Below are positions 27,581 to 38,719 of a DNA stretch of 64,000 nucleotides, one piece after another. The notes beneath the pieces were generated by a model, which worked only from the letters and a program-made list of their open reading frames with translations, ran no database searches and had not been told where the DNA came from. The position numbers and the translations under genes were made by a program. The stretch is from Sedimentisphaerales bacterium (GTDB taxonomy: Bacteria > Planctomycetota > Phycisphaerae > Sedimentisphaerales > SM23-30). The DNA lies in NCBI GenBank assembly GCA_963666285.1, contig OY762711.1; one strand, 5' to 3'. Position 1 is the stretch's first letter; every line of letters begins with the position of its first letter.

Positions 27581-29065
27581 TTGGTAACTGCAAGGCAGGT
27601 AATAAGAAACTCGATATGGTCGGCACTGGCATTTGGTATTAGTTTTGGAGTAAGTATACTCCTGGCTTTTATACTGCCGCATATGCTGGGTAAAGAGGAA
27701 TACGGCAGGTATGGCTATTATTTCAGGATTTTTTCGTGGATTAATGCTATATCAATATTGTTTGTTCCACCCGCCTTACTGCGATACGGTTCTGAATTAA
27801 GAGGATATAATAATACTTTACAATTACGCAAATTACTTCGCTGGGGCTATAAGTATCAGTTATGGATAAGCATAACGGTAACCTTCGGAGCGGTATTATA
27901 TTTATGGCAAACAGAATTTTCTGACAGCAGCTACCTGACAGCTTCAATATTGGTGTTGTTATCCGGATTTATCTCCGGTTTTCACCTGGTAGGGCGAAGT
28001 TACCTGGAGGCAAACCAGCGATTCAGGCTCTGCAGCAGGATAACGCTATGGAGCTCAATTGTAAAACTAACAGTTTTGGTATTATTGTTTTTTAGCGGAG
28101 CGCAGAAGGCGTATTGTTTTTTTTCGATAATACTTGCAGAGCATATTGTCCTCCTGGTTTTAACGTTATATGCAAACCTGTTATATAATAAAACCAAACA
28201 AGGAGAGATGTTAGAAGGTAAAAAACTGAACGCTTGCGAATTTTCCGGCAGGGTAAAAGATTATGGTTTAACGATGGGTGCAGCCGGTTTATTCTCAATG
28301 GTGGCATGGGGGTATATCGAAGTTTTTTTTATAAAGCAGCTGTATAGTAAAGAAGATATGCTGTCGGAGTTGTCATATTATTGCCTGGCAGTTTCAATAT
28401 CTACCTTGATGCTAAGAGTTTTAAATAATATCAATAAGCCTTTGTTGACATTTTTTGTTCATCATAAAGTAACAGACAGGGGTGATGTTGTAGAGAAAGG
28501 CTTTATGAAGAGCCTGATAATATTTACAATGACAGGCGGTGCCGGTTGTATCTTTTTATACTTATTCTCAGGTGAGCTGTTTGACCTGGTATTCCCGGTT
28601 GAAATGGCAAAAGCCCGGCTGCCGTTTATAATTTTGCTGGTGCCTTCATTTATATTGTGTATGCTCATGCCGCTGGGGCCATTGCAGCAGGCGTATGAAG
28701 CTCATAAGTTTCTGTTATGGATTAATGTTATAGCCGCGATATTGAATTTGACATTGGATATGTTATTGATACCGGAATATGGTGCGGTTGGTGCGGCGAT
28801 AGTAAACAGCGTGGTGCAGACATCGATAAGTATAGGTGGTGTAATCTACCTGCAGCATAAGAAAATACTGAAACTTCCGGTAGGTGGGATTTGCCGGCTG
28901 TTTTGCTGTTTTGCATTATTAATATTATCAGTTAATTGTCTAAAGAGTATTGTAAGCAGCCTGGTTTTGTTAGTTTTAGCGTTTCTAATGTACCCGGTGC
29001 TGCTGGTAATTTTTAATTGTGTCAGGTATAACCGCGCGTCGGGGAAAATAGTAGTTAATTATTAG
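27581..29065 (+). CDS. wzx: Polysaccharide flippase (Wzx family)
   Basis: RNSIW..., LG.EEYG.Y, many TM segments and NL.LD.LLIP.YGAVGAAI. Confidence 0.85.
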   Translation: MVTARQVIRNSIWSALAFGISFGVSILLAFILPHMLGKEEYGRYGYYFRIFSWINAISILFVPPALLRYGSELRGYNNTLQLRKLLRWGYKYQLWISITVTFGAVLYLWQTEFSDSSYLTASILVLLSGFISGFHLVGRSYLEANQRFRLCSRITLWSSIVKLTVLVLLFFSGAQKAYCFFSIILAEHIVLLVLTLYANLLYNKTKQGEMLEGKKLNACEFSGRVKDYGLTMGAAGLFSMVAWGYIEVFFIKQLYSKEDMLSELSYYCLAVSISTLMLRVLNNINKPLLTFFVHHKVTDRGDVVEKGFMKSLIIFTMTGGAGCIFLYLFSGELFDLVFPVEMAKARLPFIILLVPSFILCMLMPLGPLQQAYEAHKFLLWINVIAAILNLTLDMLLIPEYGAVGAAIVNSVVQTSISIGGVIYLQHKKILKLPVGGICRLFCCFALLILSVNCLKSIVSSLVLLVLAFLMYPVLLVIFNCVRYNRASGKIVVNY

Positions 29066-29093
29066 AAGTAAACTAAGAGATGAAGAAGAGATT

Positions 29094-30374
29094 ATGAGTT
29101 TAAAGTATAAACCAGCGTTTTTGACATTTGCCCGGATATTCAAGGATGAGCTTCCCTGGGGTGCGATTTCAATCCATAATTACCTAAAGCATAAGGGTGA
29201 AGATAGCGGACAGTTATTTAAGATAACGTCAGATGAAGACCTGGAACATGCTATCGGCGAGATGAAGCTGCAAGGGGTGAACCTGATAGGAATAAGTGCA
29301 ATGAATATAGAAGGAGATTTTGCACTAGAATCATATTCCAGGTTAAAGGGCAGGTTTCCTGATGCGAAATTTATTTTTGGCGGCGTTTTGTTTTCGACTA
29401 TGCCTGAGAAAGCCAGTAAAGATGCGATGGTTGTAGTCGGGCCGGGCGAAAAGACGGTTTATGACCTGCTGACAGGCAGAATTGAATACCAGGTCGGGAC
29501 AATTATTGGAGAGCACCTGGAGAAGTTTGACTTTAATCCGCTGCCGGCCAGGTCGATGGTGAGTAAATTCGGTAATAAGGAAATGGAAAATGAGGCAATT
29601 TTGCAGACATCGAGGGGGTGTCCGTTTCAGTGTACATTCTGTCTGAGCAAGGAACTGCGCAGGACAAAGATGTCATATTATGAGCTGGAAGATGTTGTTC
29701 AGCTGGCGAAAGATTATTATGAGTTATTTTCATTTAATCGTTTTTTCATATCTGATGATATTTTCTTCATGAATACAGAGCGGGTAAGCCTGTTCTGTGA
29801 TATGTTTGATGAACTTGGTTTGCCTTTTAAGTTTCGGGCAATGAGTCATGCAAAAATAGATGATATCGATATGTACAGGCGGGTTGCGGCAAGCGGTTTC
29901 TGGAAGGTGTCGATAGGGGCGGAATCCGGTGATAATGAAGTATTAAAAGCAATTGGTAAAAGAATAACAGTGGACGATATAGAGCGTTCAGTCGTTCAGA
30001 TAAAAGAGGCCGGTCTTCGGGCTGAGACATTATTTATAATAGGCCATCCGCAGGACACAAAAGAGACGATCGAAAAAACCATAGCGTTAGGTGTCAGGCT
30101 GAAACGGAAATATGGAGTGACATCATGGTTTTCTCTGGCACAGCCGTTTCCGGGTACTGAGTTTGGCAGGCAGTCGCAGGTAACGGGACAAATAATACCG
30201 AATACAGATAAAGAATGGTCGATCCGCGGCGTGTCGTATATCCCGGATGGTCTGACAGTTGACTATTTACTGGAGGCCAGGCGGCGTGGAATGTATATGT
30301 GTAACGCGAAGTTTGGCACGGTACGTTATTATCTGAATAAATGGATAAGCCCTGAGAAGCTGGAGATAGGCTAA
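29094..30374 (+). CDS. B12-binding radical SAM protein
   Basis: FIFGG, GPGE, TSRGCPFQCTFC, DDIF, GAESG, FIIGHP and QPFPGT. Confidence 0.9.
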   Translation: MSLKYKPAFLTFARIFKDELPWGAISIHNYLKHKGEDSGQLFKITSDEDLEHAIGEMKLQGVNLIGISAMNIEGDFALESYSRLKGRFPDAKFIFGGVLFSTMPEKASKDAMVVVGPGEKTVYDLLTGRIEYQVGTIIGEHLEKFDFNPLPARSMVSKFGNKEMENEAILQTSRGCPFQCTFCLSKELRRTKMSYYELEDVVQLAKDYYELFSFNRFFISDDIFFMNTERVSLFCDMFDELGLPFKFRAMSHAKIDDIDMYRRVAASGFWKVSIGAESGDNEVLKAIGKRITVDDIERSVVQIKEAGLRAETLFIIGHPQDTKETIEKTIALGVRLKRKYGVTSWFSLAQPFPGTEFGRQSQVTGQIIPNTDKEWSIRGVSYIPDGLTVDYLLEARRRGMYMCNAKFGTVRYYLNKWISPEKLEIG

Positions 30375-30393
30375 CGTTAAGTTCTGGATTGAT

Positions 30394-31518
30394 ATGAAAA
30401 TATGTTATGTATGTAATGAATATCCGCCGAACCCTCATGGAGGAATTGGTACCTATGTAAAAGATATTACCATGGGATTGGCTGCCAGGGGACATGAGAT
30501 TACAGTTGTCGGTATTGGCGTATCAGATAAGCAATGGACAGAAGAGGGCGTAAATGTTGTCGAGCTGGCAGCATCCGGACTGCCGACAAAAATACGAGGT
30601 CTGCACGACCGTTTTAAGATATATGGATATTTGAAACAGGCGGCCCGTGCGGGAAAATATGATTTAATAGAAGTACCAGACTACCAGGGCTGGCTGCCAT
30701 TTAAGTTTGACTATTGCCCGGTTATAGTAAGGCTTCATTTATCGGAGTGTGTGATCAGTAATTATCAGCAATCTCGAGTATCAAGGCAGATATCATGTTT
30801 TGAGCGGAAAACGCTGAGGCCAGACAGGGTTTGGGTAGGAGTTTCAAAATGGGCTTATGAAGAGACCGTTTCAGTTATAGGCAAAACACCTAATGAGAGT
30901 CGTGTAATATATTACCCTGTAACAACTTGTGAACCACACCGGTCATCAGTTGACGTTGACCGTTATGTTTTATATGCCGGGACAATCAGTGAGCGTAAAG
31001 GAGCATTGACACTTGCCAGAGCGGCCGATGTTTTTCTGGCAGAGAACCCTGATTTAAGCCTGGTTTATGCCGGGCCGCCTATTTCTGATAGTATTGAAGG
31101 TGAAATCAGGGGCATTATTGGAGAAGGATTGAGTGAGAGGGTTTACTTTACCGGCAGGGTTTCCCGTGGAGAGGTTATTTCATTGATGACTAATGCAAAG
31201 ATATTTGCGTTTCCGAGCCAACTTGAGACATTTGGCCTGGTAATTGCGGAAGCGATGTTATGCGGAGCTCCGACAATATGCTGTGATGCTGGTCCATGTC
31301 CTGAATTTGTCAGCAATGGTAAAACCGGGGTTTTAATTCCTGTTGACGATGATAAATCATTAGTAAAAGCAGTGTGTCAAATACTGAATGATGATGAATA
31401 TGCCCAAAGCCTGTCAGATAATGGCAGGGAATATATATCAGGCAATTTTTCGATAGATAAAGCAATTCAGGCCAACCTGGATTTATATACAAGTGTACTT
31501 GAGAAGAACTCAAACTGA
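30394..31518 (+). CDS. Glycosyltransferase family 4
   Basis: EYPP..HGGIGTY, YAG.I.ERKG and PSQLETFGLVIAEAM.CG. Confidence 0.9.
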   Translation: MKICYVCNEYPPNPHGGIGTYVKDITMGLAARGHEITVVGIGVSDKQWTEEGVNVVELAASGLPTKIRGLHDRFKIYGYLKQAARAGKYDLIEVPDYQGWLPFKFDYCPVIVRLHLSECVISNYQQSRVSRQISCFERKTLRPDRVWVGVSKWAYEETVSVIGKTPNESRVIYYPVTTCEPHRSSVDVDRYVLYAGTISERKGALTLARAADVFLAENPDLSLVYAGPPISDSIEGEIRGIIGEGLSERVYFTGRVSRGEVISLMTNAKIFAFPSQLETFGLVIAEAMLCGAPTICCDAGPCPEFVSNGKTGVLIPVDDDKSLVKAVCQILNDDEYAQSLSDNGREYISGNFSIDKAIQANLDLYTSVLEKNSN

Positions 31519-31598
31519 CAGGCAGTCGGTTTGATAAGTGTGGAGAAAACTGTGAAAGTAAACTGTGAGTATGGTAAAATAATATAAGAGGTGTGATT

Positions 31599-33038
31599 AT
31601 GTATTCAATCAAAACTCAGAAAAGAGCGGCAAGGTCATTATATTTATTAATATTTGTGATCCTCCTGGCTATGCCATTTCGGTATATTCATTTAATGCTT
31701 CACGATATGTCAGTGGTATATTTAACAGCAAAGTATATTGTTGTATCGTGCCTGGCATTTTTTCTGGCAGTCCTGCTTTTTGTGTATTTTATATTGACGC
31801 CAAAGCCGGAGCGTAAATTTGAATACAGTAGTTTTCGAGATATTGCAGTGCTGGCATTTGTAGTAGCAGTTATGGGTGTAATTGTCGGAATTGCCAACGG
31901 TAATCAGTTTTATTATCTTGTTGGCGATACGTTTCGTCATGTAAGCCCGTGGATATTTTTCTTTGTATTTTTATGGATGTTCCAGGTTCTTTTGGATTCT
32001 GGAAAAGTTCGTGTAATAGAAAGATTTCTGGCAATAATGGCGTTTGTCGGAGTTATTGAAGCGATATCTACTTTTGTTATGAAATACATTCAACCTGATT
32101 TGCGTATATCAACCGCCCTTTATCTATGGAGTATAATCTGGTGTTTATACCAGAAGAAATATCCATTTATTCTTATAATGCCGATATTACTGGTATGTTC
32201 ACTGGCATCGGTTGCATCTGGAAAACGAACACCAATAGTACTATTGTCAATTATAGTCGGGGTGTACATGATTTACTTATTAAGGCTGATCTTTGTAAAA
32301 AACCGGGACCATAAGGAATTTGTTCATAAATCAATAGAGCAATTCCTGGTAGTATTTCTGCTGATAATACTGGTGATTTCATTTTTGCCTGTTGCCAATA
32401 TTGCATTGAACAAGGCCGGTGATAATTATCTTGTTAAAACAGCTTATGCAACAGTAAACAATGTTTATGAGATATTTTCTGGTAAGACCGAAGACAAGTC
32501 CTGGAAGGGCAGATGGATAGAGTTGGATAATATTCTGGCATATATGCAGACCAGGCCGGAAACATGGTTATGGGGTGCCGGTTTTGGTTCAGAGATTGAC
32601 CAGCCAGAAAATGAGAAAGTGGTTTTGACTAAAGAAGGTAAAATGCATAATGTCCACCAGGCATGGTCCGCATATATATTCAGGAGCGGAGCGTTGGGTT
32701 TGATATTATTTGTACTTTTCTTTGCTAAAGTATTGTGGGTGTTTATACGGGGAGGCGGGCAGTATCTCAACTGGCAGTATTATACCTTGACTTTTGTGAT
32801 GTTCAGTATAGTTGCGAGTTTTAGTGCTAATGTTATGCTGGAGAGTTTTGGTGATGCCTTTTTCTGTGCATTACTGTATTCCCTGACCAAAAACAGATAT
32901 CCGGTTTCTCCGGTTATGCCTGTTCCGGTTTCAATGGAACCGGCAGCGATAGAAGATCCGTTAAATAAAATGCAGGATGAGTTTATAGAGTATGACAGAA
33001 TGAAGTCAGAGCAGAATGATTATGCCTCGATTAGATGA
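31599..33038 (+). CDS. wzy: O-antigen polymerase/ligase family membrane protein (Wzy-like)
   Basis: About 11 TM segments; SGKRT, S..GR..E, WG.GFG and H..W....FRSG..GL. ATG 31599 follows GAGGTG. Confidence 0.72.
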   Translation: MYSIKTQKRAARSLYLLIFVILLAMPFRYIHLMLHDMSVVYLTAKYIVVSCLAFFLAVLLFVYFILTPKPERKFEYSSFRDIAVLAFVVAVMGVIVGIANGNQFYYLVGDTFRHVSPWIFFFVFLWMFQVLLDSGKVRVIERFLAIMAFVGVIEAISTFVMKYIQPDLRISTALYLWSIIWCLYQKKYPFILIMPILLVCSLASVASGKRTPIVLLSIIVGVYMIYLLRLIFVKNRDHKEFVHKSIEQFLVVFLLIILVISFLPVANIALNKAGDNYLVKTAYATVNNVYEIFSGKTEDKSWKGRWIELDNILAYMQTRPETWLWGAGFGSEIDQPENEKVVLTKEGKMHNVHQAWSAYIFRSGALGLILFVLFFAKVLWVFIRGGGQYLNWQYYTLTFVMFSIVASFSANVMLESFGDAFFCALLYSLTKNRYPVSPVMPVPVSMEPAAIEDPLNKMQDEFIEYDRMKSEQNDYASIR

Positions 33039-33327
33039 AAATGATGGTGGGATCTGATGCAGAGGAGTTTGGAAGTCAGGAAATAATATTGAGTTCAGCA
33101 GCGGCATTATGCTGCAAAATAAAATACTCAAACTGACCGATGGCCAGTTTGAGAGGTATTAGGTATTAGTTATTTGGTATTAGGGAAGGTTTGCCGCAAA
33201 GCGGCAGGCTAATTAAATCATTAATGTAACAATTTGCATTGAATTGTGTTACAGCAATAAAAAATGTAAAATCGGTCACTTTGAGTAAAATATTATGTTT
33301 GCCTGATGGATGAGAAGAGAATAAAGC

Positions 33328-35199
33328 ATGTGCGGTATAAGCGGAATAATTAATTTTTCCCAGAAGCAGGTCGAAAGATCGCTGCTGGAGAAGATGACCG
33401 AGGTTTTGTCGTCGCGTGGACCTGACGATACCGGGTACTGGTACGATGACAGGGCCGGTTTTGGGCATAAGCGTTTATCTATAATCGATTTGTCGGATGC
33501 CGGACATCAACCGATGGTCGATGAAGATAGCGGCTGTGTGGTAGTGTATAATGGGGAGATATACAACCATAACTCAATTCGAAAGACCCTGGAAGACCAG
33601 GGCTACCAATTTCAGAGCAGGACAGATACAGAGGTTCTGTTGAAAGCGTATTTGCATTGGGGCAAAGGTTGCCTGGAGAAGTTTAATGGTATGTTTTCCT
33701 TTGCGATCTGGGACGGCAGGGAGAAAAAGCTGTTTGCCGGACGAGACCGGCTTGGTATAAAGCCATTTTACTATTATAACAGCGGTGAAACATTTGTGTT
33801 TGCCTCCCGTCCGAAGTCGGTGATGCAGCATCCTGAATGCCGGGTGAATCTGGATATGACAGCATTAGGATTGTACCTTGATGTTGGTTTTGTGCCGTGG
33901 CCCTGGTCGATGATAGAGGGTATAAAGAAGCTTGAAGCCGGTCACTGGCTGGAGATAGATGCAACCGGTCGCCAGGTAATTAGCCAATACTGGTCACTTT
34001 CAGATCAGTGGTGTAAAGAGAAGTATGAGATAACCGAGCAAAACGCCCGTGAGATGCTGACAGAGCTGTTGAGTGACTCTGTGAAATTACGCATGGTAGC
34101 AGATGTGCCGGTAGGAGCATTTTTATCAGGTGGAGTAGATTCGAGTGCTGTTGTTGCGCTGATTGGCGATCATGCGGACATGTCAAGAGTGAAGACATTC
34201 TGCGTGAATTTTAATGATGAGAATAATTGCGATGTCAAATATGCCCGCGGGCTGGCAGACTATCTCGGCTGCGACCACCGCGAATATGATTTCATGCCGG
34301 AAGAGCTTATATCACTGGTAGATAAACTACCGGAGATTTATGATGAGCCGATAGCTGATATATCGCTTTTGCCGGTGCTGGCTTTATCGGAATTTGCTCG
34401 AAAAGAAGTTACGGTATGCCTCAGCGGCGATGGCGGCGATGAGTTGTTTGGCGGCTATCCCAATTACAAACGTTTAAAATGGTTTGATAAAATTAACCGT
34501 ATGCCGGGTGTAGTGAAATGCCTGGCAACCCGTTTTTTGCGAATGAAAAAAAGTCATACCGGCCAATTAGCAGTTGAAGCGATGAAGCTGGAAAATACCG
34601 TTCGGGTAGCGGCATTTATGAGGACGATGCGAAAAGATCTCGGTTCCCGGCCGGTACGTGAAGGTTTGGATAATGAAATTGATTTTTATACCCTGGCAGA
34701 AGAGATGAGCTATCATGGCAAGTTAAAGTCATACCTGGATGAAGCGACCTGCCTGGATGCCTTGTATTTTTTGCAGGATGACAATCTGCAAAAGGTTGAT
34801 GTGGCATCAATGGCATATTCACTTGAGGTGCGTGTGCCATTGCTGGATCATCGGATAGTAGAGCTGGCCGGGCGGCTGCCGGATAAATTGAAAATAAACT
34901 GCGGAAACCAGAAATATATATTGAAGCAAGCGGTTGAAGCTAAGGTTCCAGTCAATTTTTTTGACCGTCCGAAAGCAGGTTTTGCCCCTCCGATTGATAA
35001 ATGGATAAAAAACGAGTTGAAGGACTGGGTGATGGCAGAGCTTTCAAAGGATAAGCTGGAAAGGCTAGGAATACTGGATCACGGCAGGGTAGCAAATATC
35101 CTGGAGCTCCACATGTCAGGTAAGCGGGTATATTCATCTTATATATGGCTGCTGGTAAACCTGGTGAGATGGCAGGAATATTATAAGGTTGGAATTTAA
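33328..35199 (+). CDS. asnB: Asparagine synthase (glutamine-hydrolysing) family amidotransferase
   Basis: N-terminal MCGI.G, RGPD, RLSIIDLS..GHQPM, FLSGGVDSS, LSGDGGDELFGGY and EVRVPLLD. Confidence 0.93.
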   Translation: MCGISGIINFSQKQVERSLLEKMTEVLSSRGPDDTGYWYDDRAGFGHKRLSIIDLSDAGHQPMVDEDSGCVVVYNGEIYNHNSIRKTLEDQGYQFQSRTDTEVLLKAYLHWGKGCLEKFNGMFSFAIWDGREKKLFAGRDRLGIKPFYYYNSGETFVFASRPKSVMQHPECRVNLDMTALGLYLDVGFVPWPWSMIEGIKKLEAGHWLEIDATGRQVISQYWSLSDQWCKEKYEITEQNAREMLTELLSDSVKLRMVADVPVGAFLSGGVDSSAVVALIGDHADMSRVKTFCVNFNDENNCDVKYARGLADYLGCDHREYDFMPEELISLVDKLPEIYDEPIADISLLPVLALSEFARKEVTVCLSGDGGDELFGGYPNYKRLKWFDKINRMPGVVKCLATRFLRMKKSHTGQLAVEAMKLENTVRVAAFMRTMRKDLGSRPVREGLDNEIDFYTLAEEMSYHGKLKSYLDEATCLDALYFLQDDNLQKVDVASMAYSLEVRVPLLDHRIVELAGRLPDKLKINCGNQKYILKQAVEAKVPVNFFDRPKAGFAPPIDKWIKNELKDWVMAELSKDKLERLGILDHGRVANILELHMSGKRVYSSYIWLLVNLVRWQEYYKVGI

Positions 35200-35208
35200 G
35201 ATTATATA

Positions 35209-36363
35209 ATGACCGGGAAAAGAGAGAAAATAAAAGTGCTACAGGTTTTGGGCGCGTTGGAAGTAGGCGGGCTGCAGAACTTTATCCTTGATGTTATCGA
35301 ACATATAGATAAGGACCGCTTCCAGGTCGATGTTTGTGAAATGGCAACTTCACCGGGTGAGCTGGCATATAAAGCTGAATCATTCGGAGCGAGAGTGTTT
35401 CAATGTTCTCAAAGGAGCAATCCGCTGACATTTGGAAGAAGGTTTTCAGAGATACTGAAAGAAGGCGGGTACCAGGTTGTAGAGGTTACCCGGGAAGGGA
35501 TGTCAGGTTTTCCAATAAAAATTGCGGCAAGATGCGGTGTTCCGGTGAGGATAACCCACTTTCAGAGTATGGACAGGGGGCCGGATAAGAAATTGAACAG
35601 GTCAATTACGGCTTTGAGTATGAAATATATTGATCGGTATTCAACAAAGATTACCGGATGCTCGAAAGGTGTAATAGAGTTTTATTTTGGAGAGGGTTGG
35701 GAAAAGAACGACAGGTTCGAGCCTATATATAACTCGCTTGGATTGCAGAAGTTTTTTGTAGGTGGTTCAGAGACCTCGCGGTTAAAGAAAGAGTTTAATA
35801 TACCGGAGAGCGGCTTTGTTGTCGGTACCTGTGCCCGGATTGACCCGATCAAGAATTATGAGTTGTGTGTTGAACTGGCGGCGAAGGTATTAGAAGAAGT
35901 GCCAGATATGTATTATCTCTGGATAGGCGGCGGCCCGGCAAAAGAAGCGGATATATTAAGGCGGAAAATTGCGGAATGTGGCTTAGAGAGTCGTTTTATT
36001 GTAACCGGCAATCGTCCTGATGTGCCGCGGCTGCTGAAATTACTGGATGTTTTTGTTTTATTATCAAAGTGGGAGGGTTTTGGTATTTCCGTGGCAGAAG
36101 CACAGGCGGCAGGGCTGGTGTGTATATCCTCAAATGCTAAGGCTTTTAGAGAGTCTATATGCCCGGAGATGCAGAAATACAGTTTTGATTTGAGTAATGG
36201 TATAGATCAAGCGGCAAAAGCCATAGTGGAATTAAGCAATAATAGCGAAGAACGAGAGAGGCTTGGCAATTGCGGCAGAGAATATGTAAAAATGTTTGAC
36301 ATAAAGCAAATAGTGAAGCAGGTTGAGAATATGTATCTGGAAGGGATGGCAGCGGCTGAGTAA
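35209..36363 (+). CDS. Glycosyltransferase family 4
   Basis: L..GGL, .ARI.P.KN, G.R.DVP.LL...DVFV..S.WEGFG....EAQA.G. Confidence 0.9.
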   Translation: MTGKREKIKVLQVLGALEVGGLQNFILDVIEHIDKDRFQVDVCEMATSPGELAYKAESFGARVFQCSQRSNPLTFGRRFSEILKEGGYQVVEVTREGMSGFPIKIAARCGVPVRITHFQSMDRGPDKKLNRSITALSMKYIDRYSTKITGCSKGVIEFYFGEGWEKNDRFEPIYNSLGLQKFFVGGSETSRLKKEFNIPESGFVVGTCARIDPIKNYELCVELAAKVLEEVPDMYYLWIGGGPAKEADILRRKIAECGLESRFIVTGNRPDVPRLLKLLDVFVLLSKWEGFGISVAEAQAAGLVCISSNAKAFRESICPEMQKYSFDLSNGIDQAAKAIVELSNNSEERERLGNCGREYVKMFDIKQIVKQVENMYLEGMAAAE

Positions 36364-36364
36364 A

Positions 36365-37279
36365 GTGGTAACTGTAACTTTGATATTGTGTACATGTGAC
36401 CGTCCGGAGATGATAAAGCGATTGTTAAGTTCGTTAGAGGAGCTGACAGTCAAGCCGGACCAGATAATAATTGTAGATGCCAGCGAAGGTGAAGCTACCT
36501 CTGAGGTAGTGGCAGGTTTTAGCGGTTTACAGATAGAATATTACCGCAGCAGCAAGGGGCTGACATATCAGAGGAATGTTGGGTTGACCAAGGCCAAGTG
36601 CGATGTGGCCGGGTTCCTTGATGATGATATTGTGCCGGACCGGGATTGCTTTGAACAGTTGAAGTCTGTTTTTTCAGACGATTCAATTTATGGTGTTGTG
36701 CCATATATTTATGAAAACAACGAACAGGTACTTTCGGGTTTTAACGGTTTTTGCTTCAGGATAACCAGTAAACTATGGGGCAGGAAGTATATAGCAAAGG
36801 CATTGGGCAAAAATTATGTTCCGGATGAGGTATTTTCCGGGATTGTTGATGATGTGGTTGCTAACGGCTGTTCATTTTATCGAAAAGCAGTATTTGAAGA
36901 ATTCAGCTTTGCAGACTGGATGGAGGGGTATTGCTATGGCGAAGATGCAGAATTTGGTTTAAGAGTAAGTAAGCAACATAAGATAATCGGAAGCGGAGAT
37001 GTCAGATTACATCACTGGCATACCGGTACCGGTAAAGGTAACCCGTTTGTCGTTTCTGAGATGAGTGTCTATAATTATGTACGGATTATTGGTATTTCAG
37101 GTCAGAATTATATTATAGCACGAAAAATGGATATTGTATTACGCAGATTCGCATGTACAGTATTTCATTTTATTATTTCTCTATTAAAACTAAGAATTAA
37201 ACCGGGCCTGCTTTCTCTGGCGGGAGGTGCTTATGGAGTAATCAGGTCGTTTCCGTGGATAATAAAAAGGCAGCTATGA
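36365..37279 (+). CDS. Glycosyltransferase family 2 (start uncertain; frame open from 36323)
   Basis: CT.DRP, IIIVDAS, GL..QRN.G, FLDDD and GED.EF. Confidence 0.85.
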   Translation: MVTVTLILCTCDRPEMIKRLLSSLEELTVKPDQIIIVDASEGEATSEVVAGFSGLQIEYYRSSKGLTYQRNVGLTKAKCDVAGFLDDDIVPDRDCFEQLKSVFSDDSIYGVVPYIYENNEQVLSGFNGFCFRITSKLWGRKYIAKALGKNYVPDEVFSGIVDDVVANGCSFYRKAVFEEFSFADWMEGYCYGEDAEFGLRVSKQHKIIGSGDVRLHHWHTGTGKGNPFVVSEMSVYNYVRIIGISGQNYIIARKMDIVLRRFACTVFHFIISLLKLRIKPGLLSLAGGAYGVIRSFPWIIKRQL

Positions 37280-38718
37280 AGAGCCTGAATATACTATTTA
37301 TATATTATGATGCAATAGAAGGTGACTGGGGTACCTATCATGAAGGTATTGCCACGATGGCGGCAATCTTGAAAGGCAAGGGGCATAGTGTCAGTCTGTT
37401 TCATATAGTAAATGATATGACGGCTGATGAGGTGGCTGATGTCTATAGTCGTCAATACAGTGATACGGATATTATCGCATGTTCAATAACAGAGCTGTCG
37501 CTTGGTTTTTATCGTGACTGCTTGAAGCGACTGCGAAGTGATTTCCAGATATATAGTGTTTGTGGCGGTCCGGTTGCCACTTTATGCCCGGAAAGAGTAA
37601 TGGCAGAGGAGTGTTTTGATGCTTTATGCAGGGGCGATGGCGAAGAGAGTTTTGCAGAGTTGTGTAGTCAGCTTGCAGAAGGTGTTCGGCCAACCGATAT
37701 TGCCGGATTCTGGTTTAAGGCAGGGGACGATATAATACAAAATCCGATCAGGCCGGTTATTAAGGAGATATCGAAATTTCCTATGCCTGACCGTTCCATA
37801 TTTGATATGGATAAAATCGAAGAGTATCGGTGTGATATTGTCCCGGTGATGGCAGCAAGGGGGTGTCCTTTCAATTGCAGTTTTTGCTGTAATCATGCAT
37901 TGAAAAATGTTCTTCCCAATAAAAAGGATTATATACGGTATAAAGATAAGGACAGGTTGGTTGAAGAGATCAAAATTGAGCTTGAGCGATGCAGAAAGCT
38001 TGGAAAGAAGATAAAAAGTATAAGATTTTATGATGATTTGCTGATAGCCAATAAAAAATGGTTTGCTGAATTTGCCGAAATTTACAGGCGAGAGATAGCT
38101 TTACCTTTCAGCTGTAATTGCCGTTTTGAGCTTCTGGATGATGAAATATTGCGAGAATTGAAAGATTCTGGCTGTTTTTCGATGCAGCTCGGACTGGAGA
38201 CCGGAAATGAAAAGCTGCGAAAGCAGGCACTGAATCGCAACCAGCCCAATGAGATGGTAATTGCCAAGTCAAAGCTGATTCATAAATGGGGTATAAAGTT
38301 TCATGTTTATACCATGGTTGGTATTCCGGAAGAGGATATGGCCAGTGCCCTGCAGACGGTGAAGTTTTCTGCCAGTATCCAGGCGGACAGTATGCAGGTT
38401 TCGGTATTGTATCCATTCTGGGGAACGGAGTTGGAGGCCGGCTGTGTTGAGAAAGGATATATAAAGAATAAAACAGTTGAAAATTATATGGAAGGTAAAT
38501 CAGTTTTAGAGCTGCCGACACTGACAAATAATCAGATTGGTCAGGTTCACAGTAATTTCCATCCGTTTTATAATTTATATAAGAGATTGTACCGAATGCC
38601 GGTTCTGGTTCATTATATTCCAGAAAAGATCCTGGATATTTTCTGGTATAATTATTCCGTTTCATGGCCGGTCAGGGTATTTTACAGATTTATGAGGCGA
38701 TTTAAGAGTTTGAGATAA
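37276..38718 (+). CDS. B12-binding radical SAM protein
   Basis: GGP.AT..PE, GDGE, ARGCPFNCSFC, F.DD, GLETGNE and YPF.GT; ATGA overlap with the upstream gene. Confidence 0.9.
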   Translation: MKSLNILFIYYDAIEGDWGTYHEGIATMAAILKGKGHSVSLFHIVNDMTADEVADVYSRQYSDTDIIACSITELSLGFYRDCLKRLRSDFQIYSVCGGPVATLCPERVMAEECFDALCRGDGEESFAELCSQLAEGVRPTDIAGFWFKAGDDIIQNPIRPVIKEISKFPMPDRSIFDMDKIEEYRCDIVPVMAARGCPFNCSFCCNHALKNVLPNKKDYIRYKDKDRLVEEIKIELERCRKLGKKIKSIRFYDDLLIANKKWFAEFAEIYRREIALPFSCNCRFELLDDEILRELKDSGCFSMQLGLETGNEKLRKQALNRNQPNEMVIAKSKLIHKWGIKFHVYTMVGIPEEDMASALQTVKFSASIQADSMQVSVLYPFWGTELEAGCVEKGYIKNKTVENYMEGKSVLELPTLTNNQIGQVHSNFHPFYNLYKRLYRMPVLVHYIPEKILDIFWYNYSVSWPVRVFYRFMRRFKSLR

Positions 38719-38719
38719 A

